A stretch of DNA of 59,270 nucleotides, from positions 1 through 59,270 of the forward strand of contig JBDKUT010000021.1 of assembly GCA_039679545.1 (NCBI GenBank). The letters are read 5' to 3'. Source of the DNA: Thermotogota bacterium (GTDB lineage: Bacteria > Bipolaricaulota > Bipolaricaulia > UBA7950 > UBA9294). Below, piece by piece: positions 9,355 to 18,571 of this stretch. Positions within the stretch are counted from its first letter, which is position 1. Each line of letters begins with the position of its first letter. The notes below the pieces were generated by a model. That model saw only the letters and a program-made list of their open reading frames with translations, had not been told where the DNA came from and made no database searches. A program made the position numbers and the translations under genes.

Positions 9355-10815
9355 CTAGACTCCTCGTGCGAACGTTTCCGCTTGATCCAACATCCTCGCG
9401 ACCTCTTTCGAGGTCCTCATTTCACAGTACATGCGCAGGATCGGCTCCGTTCCCGACGCGCGGAAGAGGAGCCAGCCGTCGGCGAACCGCAGCTTGAGTC
9501 CGTCGAGGGTCTCGACGGCGCGGACGGGCTCGCCGCCGAACCGATCGGGCGGGTTCGCCTTCAGGGTTTCGACGACCTCGACGCGGCGCTCGACGTCGAT
9601 GTCGCGTCGGTGGTAGACCTGCGGGCCGAACGTCTTGTGGAGCGACGTAACCAAGTCGCTCGCCTTCTTGCCCGACGTGGCGAGAATCTCGCAGAGGATC
9701 ATCGACCACAGGACACCGTCCCGCTCGGGGAGGTGTCCGCGCATCCCGATGCTCCCGCTCTCCTCACCGGCGATGAGCGCGTCGTGCGTCAAGAGGTGTT
9801 CGGCGGCGAACTTGAAACCGACCGGCGTCTCGATCGTCTCGAGCCCGTACGTGGCGGCCATGCGGCGGACGATGTCGGAGAGGTTGAACGAGACGACGAC
9901 GGGGCCGCGCAGTCCGCGCTCCTCGACCAAGTAGCGGAGGATGAGCGCGTAGGTGCGGTGCGCGTCGATGAACCCGCCCGTCTCGTCCATCGCTGAGATG
10001 CGGTCTCCGTCGCCGTCGGTGACGACGCCGATCATGCGCTTGCGGTGCCCGGACATCGACGCAATCACAGCGCGCAGCGGAATCAGGTTCTCCTCGAGCG
10101 GTTCGGGCTTGCGGCCGCCGAACAGGACGTCGCGCGAGCCGCGGACCTGCGTGTACGCCACACCGGCCTCACGCAGGAGCTCACCCACGTAGCCGAACGC
10201 CGAGCCGTACATCGAGTCGACGACGGCGTGGATCTTCGACGCCGTGAGCCGGTCGTAGTCGACGAGCTCGCGGACCCGTTTCAGGTACGGGGTGCGAAGG
10301 TCGACGCGCTCGACGGCGAGGTCGTCGCGAACGTCGGGTGCGACGTCAGGGAGCCGATCCTCGACGCCCTTCGTGACCTCGTCGGTCGCCGACCCGCCGT
10401 ACTCGGATTTGATCTTCAGTCCGTTGTACTCCGGCGGGTTGTGGCTGCTCGTGATCATGATCCCCGCGGCGGCTCGGCGGTTGACGACGGCGTAGGAGAC
10501 GGCGGGCGTCGCGACGAACGTGTCCGAGACGACGACGGGAACGCCGCGGTCGCGCAGGACACGGGCGACGTGAAGGGCGAACTCCTCCGACAGGAAGCGA
10601 GTGTCGTAGCCGACGACCACGCCGCGCTCGGCGGGGCGAAACTCGACCTTCCAGTCGCGGTAGATCTTGGCCGAAGCACGATCCGGGGAACGGAGGTAGT
10701 CGGCGATGGCGACGGCGGCGCGACCTACGTTGGCGAACGTGAAGTCGCGGGCGATGACGCCGCGCCATCCGTCAGTTCCGAACTTCACGCCGTTTGCGTC
10801 CCCGTGGGACGGCAT
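9355..10815 (-). CDS. phosphoglucomutase/phosphomannomutase family protein
   Basis: Motifs seen: FGTDGWRG, active-site ITSSHNPPEYNGLK, metal loop TDGDGDR, GEESG. Confidence 0.9.
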   Translation of the reverse strand: MPSHGDANGVKFGTDGWRGVIARDFTFANVGRAAVAIADYLRSPDRASAKIYRDWKVEFRPAERGVVVGYDTRFLSEEFALHVARVLRDRGVPVVVSDTFVATPAVSYAVVNRRAAAGIMITSSHNPPEYNGLKIKSEYGGSATDEVTKGVEDRLPDVAPDVRDDLAVERVDLRTPYLKRVRELVDYDRLTASKIHAVVDSMYGSAFGYVGELLREAGVAYTQVRGSRDVLFGGRKPEPLEENLIPLRAVIASMSGHRKRMIGVVTDGDGDRISAMDETGGFIDAHRTYALILRYLVEERGLRGPVVVSFNLSDIVRRMAATYGLETIETPVGFKFAAEHLLTHDALIAGEESGSIGMRGHLPERDGVLWSMILCEILATSGKKASDLVTSLHKTFGPQVYHRRDIDVERRVEVVETLKANPPDRFGGEPVRAVETLDGLKLRFADGWLLFRASGTEPILRMYCEMRTSKEVARMLDQAETFARGV

Positions 10816-11062
10816 TGGTTTCTCCTTGCGACGCTCGCGACTTCAGGTGGATTCTCTCGACGTTCGGGGGGATCGTGAGGTCTTCGCGCCGTAGGATCGA
10901 CTCGAGGATGTCGAACGGAATGGAGGTCTCGACCCAGATGGAGTCAATGTCGACGACGCCGTTCTTCACGGGGACGCGCGGAAGCGCCCGTTCCACCGCA
11001 ACCTTGTACGAGGCAAGCATGGCGTCATCCGCGGTGCGATCCTGTTCTTTCTCATCGTTCAT
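10772..11062 (-). CDS. hypothetical small acidic protein (96 aa)
   Basis: ATG at 11062 (MNDEKEQ...). The central part has a protein-like composition and high third-position GC. The 3' end overlaps the PGM/PMM start by 44 nt. There is no clear RBS. Confidence 0.4.
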   Translation of the reverse strand: MNDEKEQDRTADDAMLASYKVAVERALPRVPVKNGVVDIDSIWVETSIPFDILESILRREDLTIPPNVERIHLKSRASQGETNAVPRGRKRREVRN

Positions 11063-11298
11063 GTGCGACCTCGAGGAGGAAGGGCACGCCATCCTCCCAA
11101 GCCTTCTCCTGCGTGATCCCAGGGAAGTCGGAGACGCAGATCCCGAGCGGGCTTGCGCCTGGGATGATAGCACACGGCGATCGAGGTTGTAAAGGTCGCA
11201 AGCGCGTACGAAGGGCGGGGCTGCTGCGCGGTCTGCAATGCGCAGCAGCTCGGGAGATGCTGGACGCCGCTGCGCCAGGCGGCTACCGCGAAAGGTGG

Positions 11299-11533
11299 CA
11301 ACTCCTGGTCCATGGCGACTCGGCGGTCTGTGTGGCCGAGTCGCTCGGGAGTTCGGCAGCGTGGGCGCGCATGCGCACGCGACGTCGCCAAACTCCTGGT
11401 CCGCGGCGACTCGGCGTTCTTCGTTGCCGAGTTGCTCGGGAGTTGCGTACCACCAGGTCGCGGAGCGCGATGCAGGGCGCAACTCCTGGTCCATGGCGAC
11501 TCGGCGGTCTTCGTTGCCGAGCCGCTCGAGAGT
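11299..11533. repeat. hairpin-containing ~90-nt repeat family, locus B (three tandem units)
   Basis: Cores start at 11299, 11389 and 11480, giving a period of 90-91 nt. The core is CAACTCCTGGTCCRYGGCGACTCGGCGnTCTTCGTTGCCGAGTCGCTCGGGAGTT. It contains a 10-bp stem GCGACTCGGC/GCCGAGTCGC and an outer AACTCC/GGAGTT pairing. Confidence 0.85.
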
Positions 11534-11552
11534 AGGGTGTTCATGCGGCGCG

Positions 11553-11561
11553 TGGTACAAT
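11553..11561 (+). promoter_or_regulatory. putative extended -10 element (TGGTACAAT) upstream of the S8 protease gene
   Basis: TGnTACAAT lies about 20 nt upstream of the start codon. There is no good -35 element. Confidence 0.3.
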
Positions 11562-11581
11562 GCCTTCTCATCTTGAGGGGG

Positions 11582-13717
11582 ATGATTGTGACCAGACCGC
11601 TCCGGTGGCCCGTCGCGTTGGCCATCGCTTTTCTAGGAGTTGCCTTTGCGGTTTCGGGTGCGGAGGACCTGTCGCGCCTCGCCCCGCCACTGCGGGCGCT
11701 CTTGGCGAGCGAGACGGACGTCGCCGTGAAGGGCCTCGTGACGCTGTCCGATGTCGCCGAGGTCAAGGTGTGGCCGACCGGGGAGGCGCGGCTGCGCGTC
11801 CTGGTTCGAACGACGGAGCCGATTGCCGCGAAGTCGTTCCTCGGCGCGCCCGTCGGTTTCTCGGGGAACGAGGTGTCCACCCTGTCGGTCACCGTCGCCG
11901 AACTCGAGCAACTTGCGAGCGATGAGCGAGTCGTCTACGTCGAGCCGTCGTGGAAGACCCGGCCGACCCTCGACACAAGCGTCGCGGCGACCGGCGGGAG
12001 CGCGGTCCATGCCCTGACACCGGCCGTGCTCGGCGAAGGAGTGGTCGTCGGCTTCGTCGACACGGGGATCGACTACGAGCACCTCGACTTCCGCTTCGAC
12101 TCGGACGGGGACGGCGTCGAAGAGTCGACGCGGATCCTCGCGATCTGGGATCAGACGTACGGCTTGGTCGGCGCGGAGTATGACCAGGACGACATCGAGT
12201 TCGACCTCGCGTTCGGGTACGGGCCGAGCGAGGGGACGGTGCGGGAGAAGGACGTTGACGGCCACGGCACGCACGTCGCGAGCATCGCGGCCGGTGACGG
12301 ATCCTCGTCGTCGTATGGTTTTGTCGGAATGGCGCCCGAGGCTTGGATCGTCGCGGTGAAGTCGAGTTTCTACACGGCCGACATTCTCGAAGGGGTCCAG
12401 TACATCCTTGAAAAAGCGGACGCGCTTGGGGTGCCGGCGGTCGTCAACCTGAGCCTGGGCGGCCACGACGGGCCGCACGACGGAACGTCGCTCTTCGAGC
12501 AGGCGTTGACTGAGCTGGCGAGCGGTGTGGGACGCGTGATCGTCGTCTCGGCGGGGAATGAAGGAGACGACGCGATCCACATTTCGGGAACGCTCCAGAG
12601 CGGGGCGAAGACGTTTCAGATCACGCCGGACGATTGGCAGATGGAGCTTGCGCTTTGGTATCCCGGTGACGCGCGGTTCGCGGTCACGGTGACCGCCCCG
12701 TCGGGGGAGACGGCGACCGCGGCGGCTGGGGCATCGAGCGGGTACATCATCACGGCCGACGGCGTGGCGTACGTCGACAACGCTGCGGAAGGGGTGAACG
12801 CGAACAACGGCGACCGTGAGGCCTACGTGCGGTTGACCGGCTTGACCGCGGGCGAGGTCTGGAGCGTCACGGTTCGCCAGGTCTCCGGCAGCGGAACGTT
12901 CGACGCGTGGGTCACGTCGTCGGGGTCGATCGTCAACGGAGACTCGGTCTCGACGGTCGACGAACCGGGGAACGCGGAGGGCGTCATCACCGTGGGAGCG
13001 TGGACCACGAAGTCGACGTGGCCGTCGCTGGCGGGGACGCAGGACTACTCGGCGTCCTACGAGCTCTCCGTTCTGGCGGACTTCTCGAGCCAGGGGCCAA
13101 CGCGCGATGGAAGGACGAAGCCCGATCTCACAGCGCCGGGCGCCTGGATCTGCGCGGCGATGTCCACGAGCGCCACGGAGCTTGAGTACCTGGTCCACAC
13201 CGATGGGGTGCACGTCATGAACCTCGGAACCAGCATGGCGGCCCCCCACGTTGCCGGGGCCGCAGCCCTGCTCCTGTCGATCGACGAGACGCTGACGGGA
13301 GACGAGGTTCTCGCGGCGTTGACGTCGACGGCGACGCGTGACGTGTACACGGGGACGACGCCCAACGTCCGGTGGGGCTACGGGAAACTCGACGTTGAGG
13401 CGGCGGTCGAGGCCCTCGGATCGGAGGAGCCGCCCGTTGCCGTCGAGACTCCCCAGATCGCACTGGAAGATAACCCCGTTCGAATCGCCGCGCTGTTCGC
13501 GTATGCGGTTCCCGGGGGGACAACGACGGCCGCCCTGCGCGTCTACACCGTCTCCGGGATCCTCGTCTTCGAGGAAGCCCTCGACGTGGAGGACGATGCT
13601 TACTCGTGGGACCTTGTGTCACGGCACGGCGAGCGCCTCGCCGCCGGACTGTATCTTTACGTTCTCGTAACCGATCAGGGCGTGTCGGAGGTCGGGAGGC
13701 TGGTGATCCGACCGTGA
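11582..13717 (+). CDS. secreted subtilisin-like serine protease (S8) with FlgD-Ig/T9SS-type C-terminal domain
   Basis: Signal-like N-terminus: MIVTRPLRWPVALAIAFLGVAFAVSGA. Catalytic motifs: VDTGID, HGTHVAS, GTSMAAPHVAG. The C-terminal ~80 aa (LRVYTVSGILVFEE...AGLYLYVLVTD...GRLVIRP) match the FlgD-Ig/T9SS CTD pattern. The start could instead be GTG 11588. The upstream part of track ORF 11312.. runs through the repeats. Confidence 0.9.
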   Translation: MIVTRPLRWPVALAIAFLGVAFAVSGAEDLSRLAPPLRALLASETDVAVKGLVTLSDVAEVKVWPTGEARLRVLVRTTEPIAAKSFLGAPVGFSGNEVSTLSVTVAELEQLASDERVVYVEPSWKTRPTLDTSVAATGGSAVHALTPAVLGEGVVVGFVDTGIDYEHLDFRFDSDGDGVEESTRILAIWDQTYGLVGAEYDQDDIEFDLAFGYGPSEGTVREKDVDGHGTHVASIAAGDGSSSSYGFVGMAPEAWIVAVKSSFYTADILEGVQYILEKADALGVPAVVNLSLGGHDGPHDGTSLFEQALTELASGVGRVIVVSAGNEGDDAIHISGTLQSGAKTFQITPDDWQMELALWYPGDARFAVTVTAPSGETATAAAGASSGYIITADGVAYVDNAAEGVNANNGDREAYVRLTGLTAGEVWSVTVRQVSGSGTFDAWVTSSGSIVNGDSVSTVDEPGNAEGVITVGAWTTKSTWPSLAGTQDYSASYELSVLADFSSQGPTRDGRTKPDLTAPGAWICAAMSTSATELEYLVHTDGVHVMNLGTSMAAPHVAGAAALLLSIDETLTGDEVLAALTSTATRDVYTGTTPNVRWGYGKLDVEAAVEALGSEEPPVAVETPQIALEDNPVRIAALFAYAVPGGTTTAALRVYTVSGILVFEEALDVEDDAYSWDLVSRHGERLAAGLYLYVLVTDQGVSEVGRLVIRP

Positions 13718-14562
13718 AGACGCTCGGCCGCACTCTCGTGTTCCTCGGGGTGTGCCTCGCCTGCGTCGGCCTTGGGGCGGCCGCGGCGGAGGGGATCGGC
13801 GACCTGTTCAACGTGGGGGTTTCGTCGCGGGCCCTCGGACTGGGCGGGGCGTTCACGGCGATGGCCGACGACGAGGCCGGGGTTCTCTACAACCCGGCGT
13901 GTCTCTCGGGGTACCGCGGGATCGGGCTTTCGTCTCTCTACGTGTCCGGGTTCGGGGGCGTAGGGCAAGGGGCGGTCGTCGTGGCGGCACCGTGCGCGGC
14001 GTTCGGCGTCCTCTTCCTTGACTCCGGGTTGATCGACGACGGTGGGGAAGGCTTCCGCTACGCCAGTCAGGGTGTGATCCTGGGCGTGGGCGTACCGGTG
14101 GGGCCGGTGTCGGTCGGGGTTCGCTGGCGGTTCCTGCGCGTCTCGGCGCCGTTCGTGGGAAGCGGATGGTCGCTCGACCCGGCGGTTGCCGTGGACGTGG
14201 ACTTCTTGCACGTCGGGCTTCTGTGGGAGGGAGCAACGTCGGCGCCGGTTGCTTACGACGATGGGAGTGAAGAGGATTGGGAGACCGGGTTGCGTCTCGG
14301 CGTCGCGACGACGCTGTCGCCGATGGAAGGCGTCGCGTGGACGGCGACGTTCGACGCGATCGGTCTGCTCGGGTTGTCCCCGAGGATCGCGGCTTGGATC
14401 GAGGCCTGGGTTGGCGGAGTCGGCGCACGCGTGGGATACGATGGGACAGGACTCACGTGCGGTCTGTCGGCGCGGTTCGCCGGGCTCGAGGTGGATTGGG
14501 CGTATGCGACGAGGGACGATCTCGGCGACAGTCACCGGATCACTCTTGCGTTGCGTTTCTAG
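13714..14562 (+). CDS. PorV/PorQ-like outer-membrane beta-barrel protein
   Basis: The GTG start overlaps the protease stop (GTGA). It has a signal peptide and the motif GVSSRALGLGGAFTAMADDEAGVLYNPACL (GxSARAxAxGGAxxAxADDxxAxxxNPAGL type). The C-terminus ITLALRF ends in Phe, as in OMP barrels. Confidence 0.65.
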   Translation: MKTLGRTLVFLGVCLACVGLGAAAAEGIGDLFNVGVSSRALGLGGAFTAMADDEAGVLYNPACLSGYRGIGLSSLYVSGFGGVGQGAVVVAAPCAAFGVLFLDSGLIDDGGEGFRYASQGVILGVGVPVGPVSVGVRWRFLRVSAPFVGSGWSLDPAVAVDVDFLHVGLLWEGATSAPVAYDDGSEEDWETGLRLGVATTLSPMEGVAWTATFDAIGLLGLSPRIAAWIEAWVGGVGARVGYDGTGLTCGLSARFAGLEVDWAYATRDDLGDSHRITLALRF

Positions 14563-14575
14563 TTGCGTGGTAACC

Positions 14576-17500
14576 ATGACGAAACGATGGATCGGCGTGC
14601 TTGCGATGGCTGTGGCGGCTCTGCTCGGCATGGTGGTTCTCGCGCAGAGCGCGGGGTCGGCCGTCTTGGGTACCGAGAAGGAGTCGAGCTTCGCGGGGAG
14701 TTACAGCGGCCGTAAGACGTGGACGATCGGCTACGGGTTCGGCGACGCCCTCGCGCTCGCTCTCGCGGGGCTCTCGCCGGGCTCGATCTCGCTCGAGCAG
14801 ACCCTGGCCGTGGACGTCGAGGCGACCGCCCTCGGGGTCCTCCGCGTTGAGGCCCACTTCAACGATCAAGAAGACGACAGCCTGCAATCTCTCTCCATCT
14901 ACCTCGATACGGCGAGGCTCGACGGCGTGGCTGGCGACTTCATCGTGCCGGACATGGGGAGTTTCTCGACGTACTCCCGGAAGCTGAAGGGGGCGCGTCT
15001 CGACTACCACTGGGGGATCGCGACGATTACGGCGATCGCTTCGAAGCTGGAGGGCGAGACAAAAACGAAGACGTTCACCGGGGAGACGGCCGAGGTGACG
15101 GCGGTGTTCGCCTACACCGACGCCGACACCGGCGAGGCGTCGTCGTACGCCGTGAACCTGAACGGCCTGGCATCCTTCACGCTCGTCTCGCTCTACGTGG
15201 AGGAGCTCGAGACGCCGAAGATGGTCCTCGACCTGTCGAGCGGGTTGTCGAGCGTCTTGGCGCGATTCGGAGTGACCGAGCTCGCCGACGCGCTCCATGG
15301 GTACGAGGGAAAGGAGCTCTTGTCGTCGGAGTTCTCCGTCATCGGCGACAAGCCGCAGTACCTCGTCTTGCGCGTGGCGCCGGGGACGATCCTTCGCCGG
15401 ACGATCAAGGACGCGATCGACGTCTACAACGACGCAACAGACGGGGACATGGCATACCCGTTCTCGTCGGGCAGCGACGCCGAGGCGCAGTTCCTTGCGG
15501 CGGCCATGGCGTACGCATCGATCTCCGTCGGTGAGGATCTGTACGGCGTCCCCGACGCCGAAATGCATCTCCACTACGACCTCGGGGAAGAGGACGTCGT
15601 GGAGGACTCCCTCGAGATCGAGCTGAATGCGGACGGCTCGGGGTACCAGTGGATTCCCGAAGCGTCCTGGTCCGACTACGCCGTCGACCTGTACGCAGAG
15701 ATGGGGATCCTCGAGATCCGGCTCCCGGAAGCGGTCACGTCGAACCCGGATGCCGTCCTGCGTGTGACGTATTCGTATACGGTCGCAGGCGGAGCGTACA
15801 GCTTGGGACTGTCCGTCGTCCCGGGAACCGAAAAGATCACGTTGAACGGCGTCCTTCTCGTCCGGGACATCGACTACTCGATCGATTACGAGATCGGGTA
15901 CGTGACGCTCTTCACCGAGATCGGAGCGAGCGACGTACTCGAGATCGAGTACGAGGTCTACGGAAGCGGGTCGAGCGACTACGCGCGCTACTTCACCGGC
16001 CTCACGGCGGACATCCCCCTGCCGGGCTTCGCCCTTGATGTGTACGTGCTGGAGGCTGCGGACGACGCGGGATCCGCCGACAATGAGAACACGGTGAGCA
16101 CGATGCCGAACCGGCAGATCGTGGCCGGTGTCTCCGGAACCGTTGAGCTTTCCGACACCACAGCGAGCTTCGACGTGGGGTACGTCGACGATCGGTTCCC
16201 GTACGACGACAACGACCGCACGCCCCGCCGGAACCGCGTGAACGCGTTCGGCTTCGGATCGGACTACGTGCTTGTTGGAGACGAGGCCGGGTTCTCGGTC
16301 CTCTCCGATGGGTCGTGGCGGGGGTACGACACCTCCGACGGCCTTGCGGGGCGTTCGGTCCGGGCGATCGTGATGACCGAGGAGTACGCATTCCTCGGGA
16401 CGAGTGCCGGGCTGACCGTCGTTGAGCTCGACGGGGTCTCTCCGTTCGATCGTCGGACGCAGTGGTCGAGCTACCAGGACGACGACGGGCTTCCCGACTC
16501 CTCCGTGCACGCGGTGCTCTTGGATGGAACGACGCTCTACGTCGGCACGGACAGCGGGATTGCGTACGTCGCGGTGGCCAACCTCGAGGACGAGAGCGCG
16601 TGGACGACGATCGCCGCGGTCGGCGCCGTCGGCGTCACGGCGCTGGCGCTCGACGGAGACCTGCTCTACGTAGGAACGACCGACGGACTGGGCATGTACA
16701 ACCTCGAAAGCGGGGCGTACGCGCCGATCGGGGGAACGTCCGGTACAACGTACGCCTTGTATGCGGACGAAGGAGGCACCGTCTACGCGGCATCGGATCT
16801 CGGCCTCCACGCGTACGCCGACGGAGTCGAAGTCGCGCAGATCGCCTCGGAGAAGCCCGTCTACGCCGTCGGTATGTGCGACGGCGAGCTTCACTACGGA
16901 ACCGGCGACGGCCTTGTCCGCGCGGTGGATGGGGCAGTGCTTCACGCAGGTTGGGTCGTAACGGCTCTCGCGAGCGACGACGAGGCGTTGTGGATCGGGA
17001 CCGAGGCGGACGCGAACTATGCGTTGTGGGTCTGGTCCATGGGCGCTGAAGAGGTGGCGTACGACGGGGAGACGACGGAGATCGCAGGGGCCAACCCGTA
17101 CCTCTATGACGACCCGGAGAGCAAGGAACACACGTCGACCGGCTGGGTGGTGAGCGGGTCGTTCGACCACTCCACGGACGCGTTCTCGCTGTCAGGAACC
17201 GTCGATCGAGTGCAAGAAGGCTATCGGGCGATCGGGAGTTCATCGCGCAGCGACGACGGCGGGTGGGCACTCGACGGCTCGATCGCCCTGGGGCCGAACG
17301 CGGACATCGACATTTCCCACAGCTACGAGATCAACGATCTGACGGCGACCGATCGCAGTTCGACGCTGGAGAACGACTTGTCGTTCTCCAGCGACTTCGG
17401 GCCGACGATCGGGTTCAGGCTTCACCAGGAGAGCGAGGACACAAACCGGGCCGCGCGTGGAGCAGAGACGGATCGCGTGTCGTATACACTTTCCGTCGAC

Positions 17501-18565
17501 GACAAGCTCTTCGGGGACGTCGTGAAGGCGTCGATCCACTGGAACGAGGCGTTCCTGTGGAACGAGGCGAACGACCTGAGCCGCAGCGCGGTCTTGGGTG
17601 CGAGCGCCGTCATCAACGTCCTTGAGAACTGGACATCGACCGTCTCATGGCACCGCCCGGTGTACATCTCTGGCGACGACTGGTCGGGAAGCCAGCGACT
17701 CACGTGGGGCGTCGACGGGTCGGCGACGTTCGCTGGGGTTGAGATGCTGACGGAGTATGACTTCGGGCGATCCCAGTCGCTGCCCGACGGTGACGCGACG
17801 TATGAGCACGCCGGGCGTGTTCGCTTGGCGCTCGAAGCCTTCACCTGGGAGGGGTGCAAGGTGACCCCTAACCTCGACCTGTCCGGGGACTGGGAGGACG
17901 AGGAACTGGCGCTGACCGCGAAGTTGACTCTACGCACGGCATGGACGGCCCTGTCGGGCCGGACGACGCTCACGGCGGACGTCGAGGGCTTCGGGGCGGA
18001 TGTGGAACGCTGGACGGAGAAGGTGTCCTCGACGTGGAACTACACCGGGATCGCCTCAATGCGTCCGATGCTGACGTACTCGGCCACTCGGAACGTCGTG
18101 AATCGCAGAAGCGAAGGGGGGAGGATCGTCGAGTCCGAGGAGTCGGTGGCCCACTCGCTTACCGGACGCACGACGTGGAGCTCCCCGGCGGGGGACTCGG
18201 ACACGCTGTCGGCTACGTTCCGTTGGGAGTACGGAGACGCAACCGATGTCTCGGCCACGCTCGACAACTCGTATCAGCGAGACATCACGAGCTGGGTCGC
18301 CGCTCTCGCCGCGCCTCAATCGGCGAGCGAGGTCGCCGCGCCGAGCCCCTACCCGACCATCACCGTGGGGACGGACCTGTCAGCGGACTGGAACTACGAA
18401 GGCGGGACGTCCGATGCCAGCTGGACGGTGTCCGGGGACACAACGGTTCTCCTCTCGAAGATGTGGAGTGCATCCCTGTCCGTGTCGTACTGCGGCGGGT
18501 TCACTGAATCCGGGACGTGGTATCACGGCGCTTGGTTCGCGCTGACCGTGGCGATCGATTTCTAG
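14576..18565 (+). CDS. large (1329 aa) outer-membrane protein, SprA/Sov-like N-terminal region plus internal beta-propeller repeats
   Basis: ATG at 14576 with a signal peptide (MTKRWIGVLAMAVAALLGMVVLAQSAG). SprA-like segments: FSTYSRKLKGARLDYHWGIATITAIASKLEGE and VRDIDYSIDYEIGYVTLF...LEIEYEV. Repeated YVGTDSGIAYV / YVGTTDGLGMY / GTGDGLVRA / LWIGTEAD motifs occur at roughly nt 16238-17050. The C-terminus has an alternating beta pattern ending ...FALTVAIDF. Confidence 0.55.
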   Translation: MTKRWIGVLAMAVAALLGMVVLAQSAGSAVLGTEKESSFAGSYSGRKTWTIGYGFGDALALALAGLSPGSISLEQTLAVDVEATALGVLRVEAHFNDQEDDSLQSLSIYLDTARLDGVAGDFIVPDMGSFSTYSRKLKGARLDYHWGIATITAIASKLEGETKTKTFTGETAEVTAVFAYTDADTGEASSYAVNLNGLASFTLVSLYVEELETPKMVLDLSSGLSSVLARFGVTELADALHGYEGKELLSSEFSVIGDKPQYLVLRVAPGTILRRTIKDAIDVYNDATDGDMAYPFSSGSDAEAQFLAAAMAYASISVGEDLYGVPDAEMHLHYDLGEEDVVEDSLEIELNADGSGYQWIPEASWSDYAVDLYAEMGILEIRLPEAVTSNPDAVLRVTYSYTVAGGAYSLGLSVVPGTEKITLNGVLLVRDIDYSIDYEIGYVTLFTEIGASDVLEIEYEVYGSGSSDYARYFTGLTADIPLPGFALDVYVLEAADDAGSADNENTVSTMPNRQIVAGVSGTVELSDTTASFDVGYVDDRFPYDDNDRTPRRNRVNAFGFGSDYVLVGDEAGFSVLSDGSWRGYDTSDGLAGRSVRAIVMTEEYAFLGTSAGLTVVELDGVSPFDRRTQWSSYQDDDGLPDSSVHAVLLDGTTLYVGTDSGIAYVAVANLEDESAWTTIAAVGAVGVTALALDGDLLYVGTTDGLGMYNLESGAYAPIGGTSGTTYALYADEGGTVYAASDLGLHAYADGVEVAQIASEKPVYAVGMCDGELHYGTGDGLVRAVDGAVLHAGWVVTALASDDEALWIGTEADANYALWVWSMGAEEVAYDGETTEIAGANPYLYDDPESKEHTSTGWVVSGSFDHSTDAFSLSGTVDRVQEGYRAIGSSSRSDDGGWALDGSIALGPNADIDISHSYEINDLTATDRSSTLENDLSFSSDFGPTIGFRLHQESEDTNRAARGAETDRVSYTLSVDDKLFGDVVKASIHWNEAFLWNEANDLSRSAVLGASAVINVLENWTSTVSWHRPVYISGDDWSGSQRLTWGVDGSATFAGVEMLTEYDFGRSQSLPDGDATYEHAGRVRLALEAFTWEGCKVTPNLDLSGDWEDEELALTAKLTLRTAWTALSGRTTLTADVEGFGADVERWTEKVSSTWNYTGIASMRPMLTYSATRNVVNRRSEGGRIVESEESVAHSLTGRTTWSSPAGDSDTLSATFRWEYGDATDVSATLDNSYQRDITSWVAALAAPQSASEVAAPSPYPTITVGTDLSADWNYEGGTSDASWTVSGDTTVLLSKMWSASLSVSYCGGFTESGTWYHGAWFALTVAIDF

Positions 18566-18571
18566 AGGGTG

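Noticed and set aside
11312-11581. A long N-terminal extension of the S8 protease (track start 11312).
   Set aside because: It is translated from the 90-nt repeats, giving repeated LLV(R/H)GDSA(F/V)FVAE peptides. The signal peptide and RBS-like GAGGGGG sit at 11574-11590.
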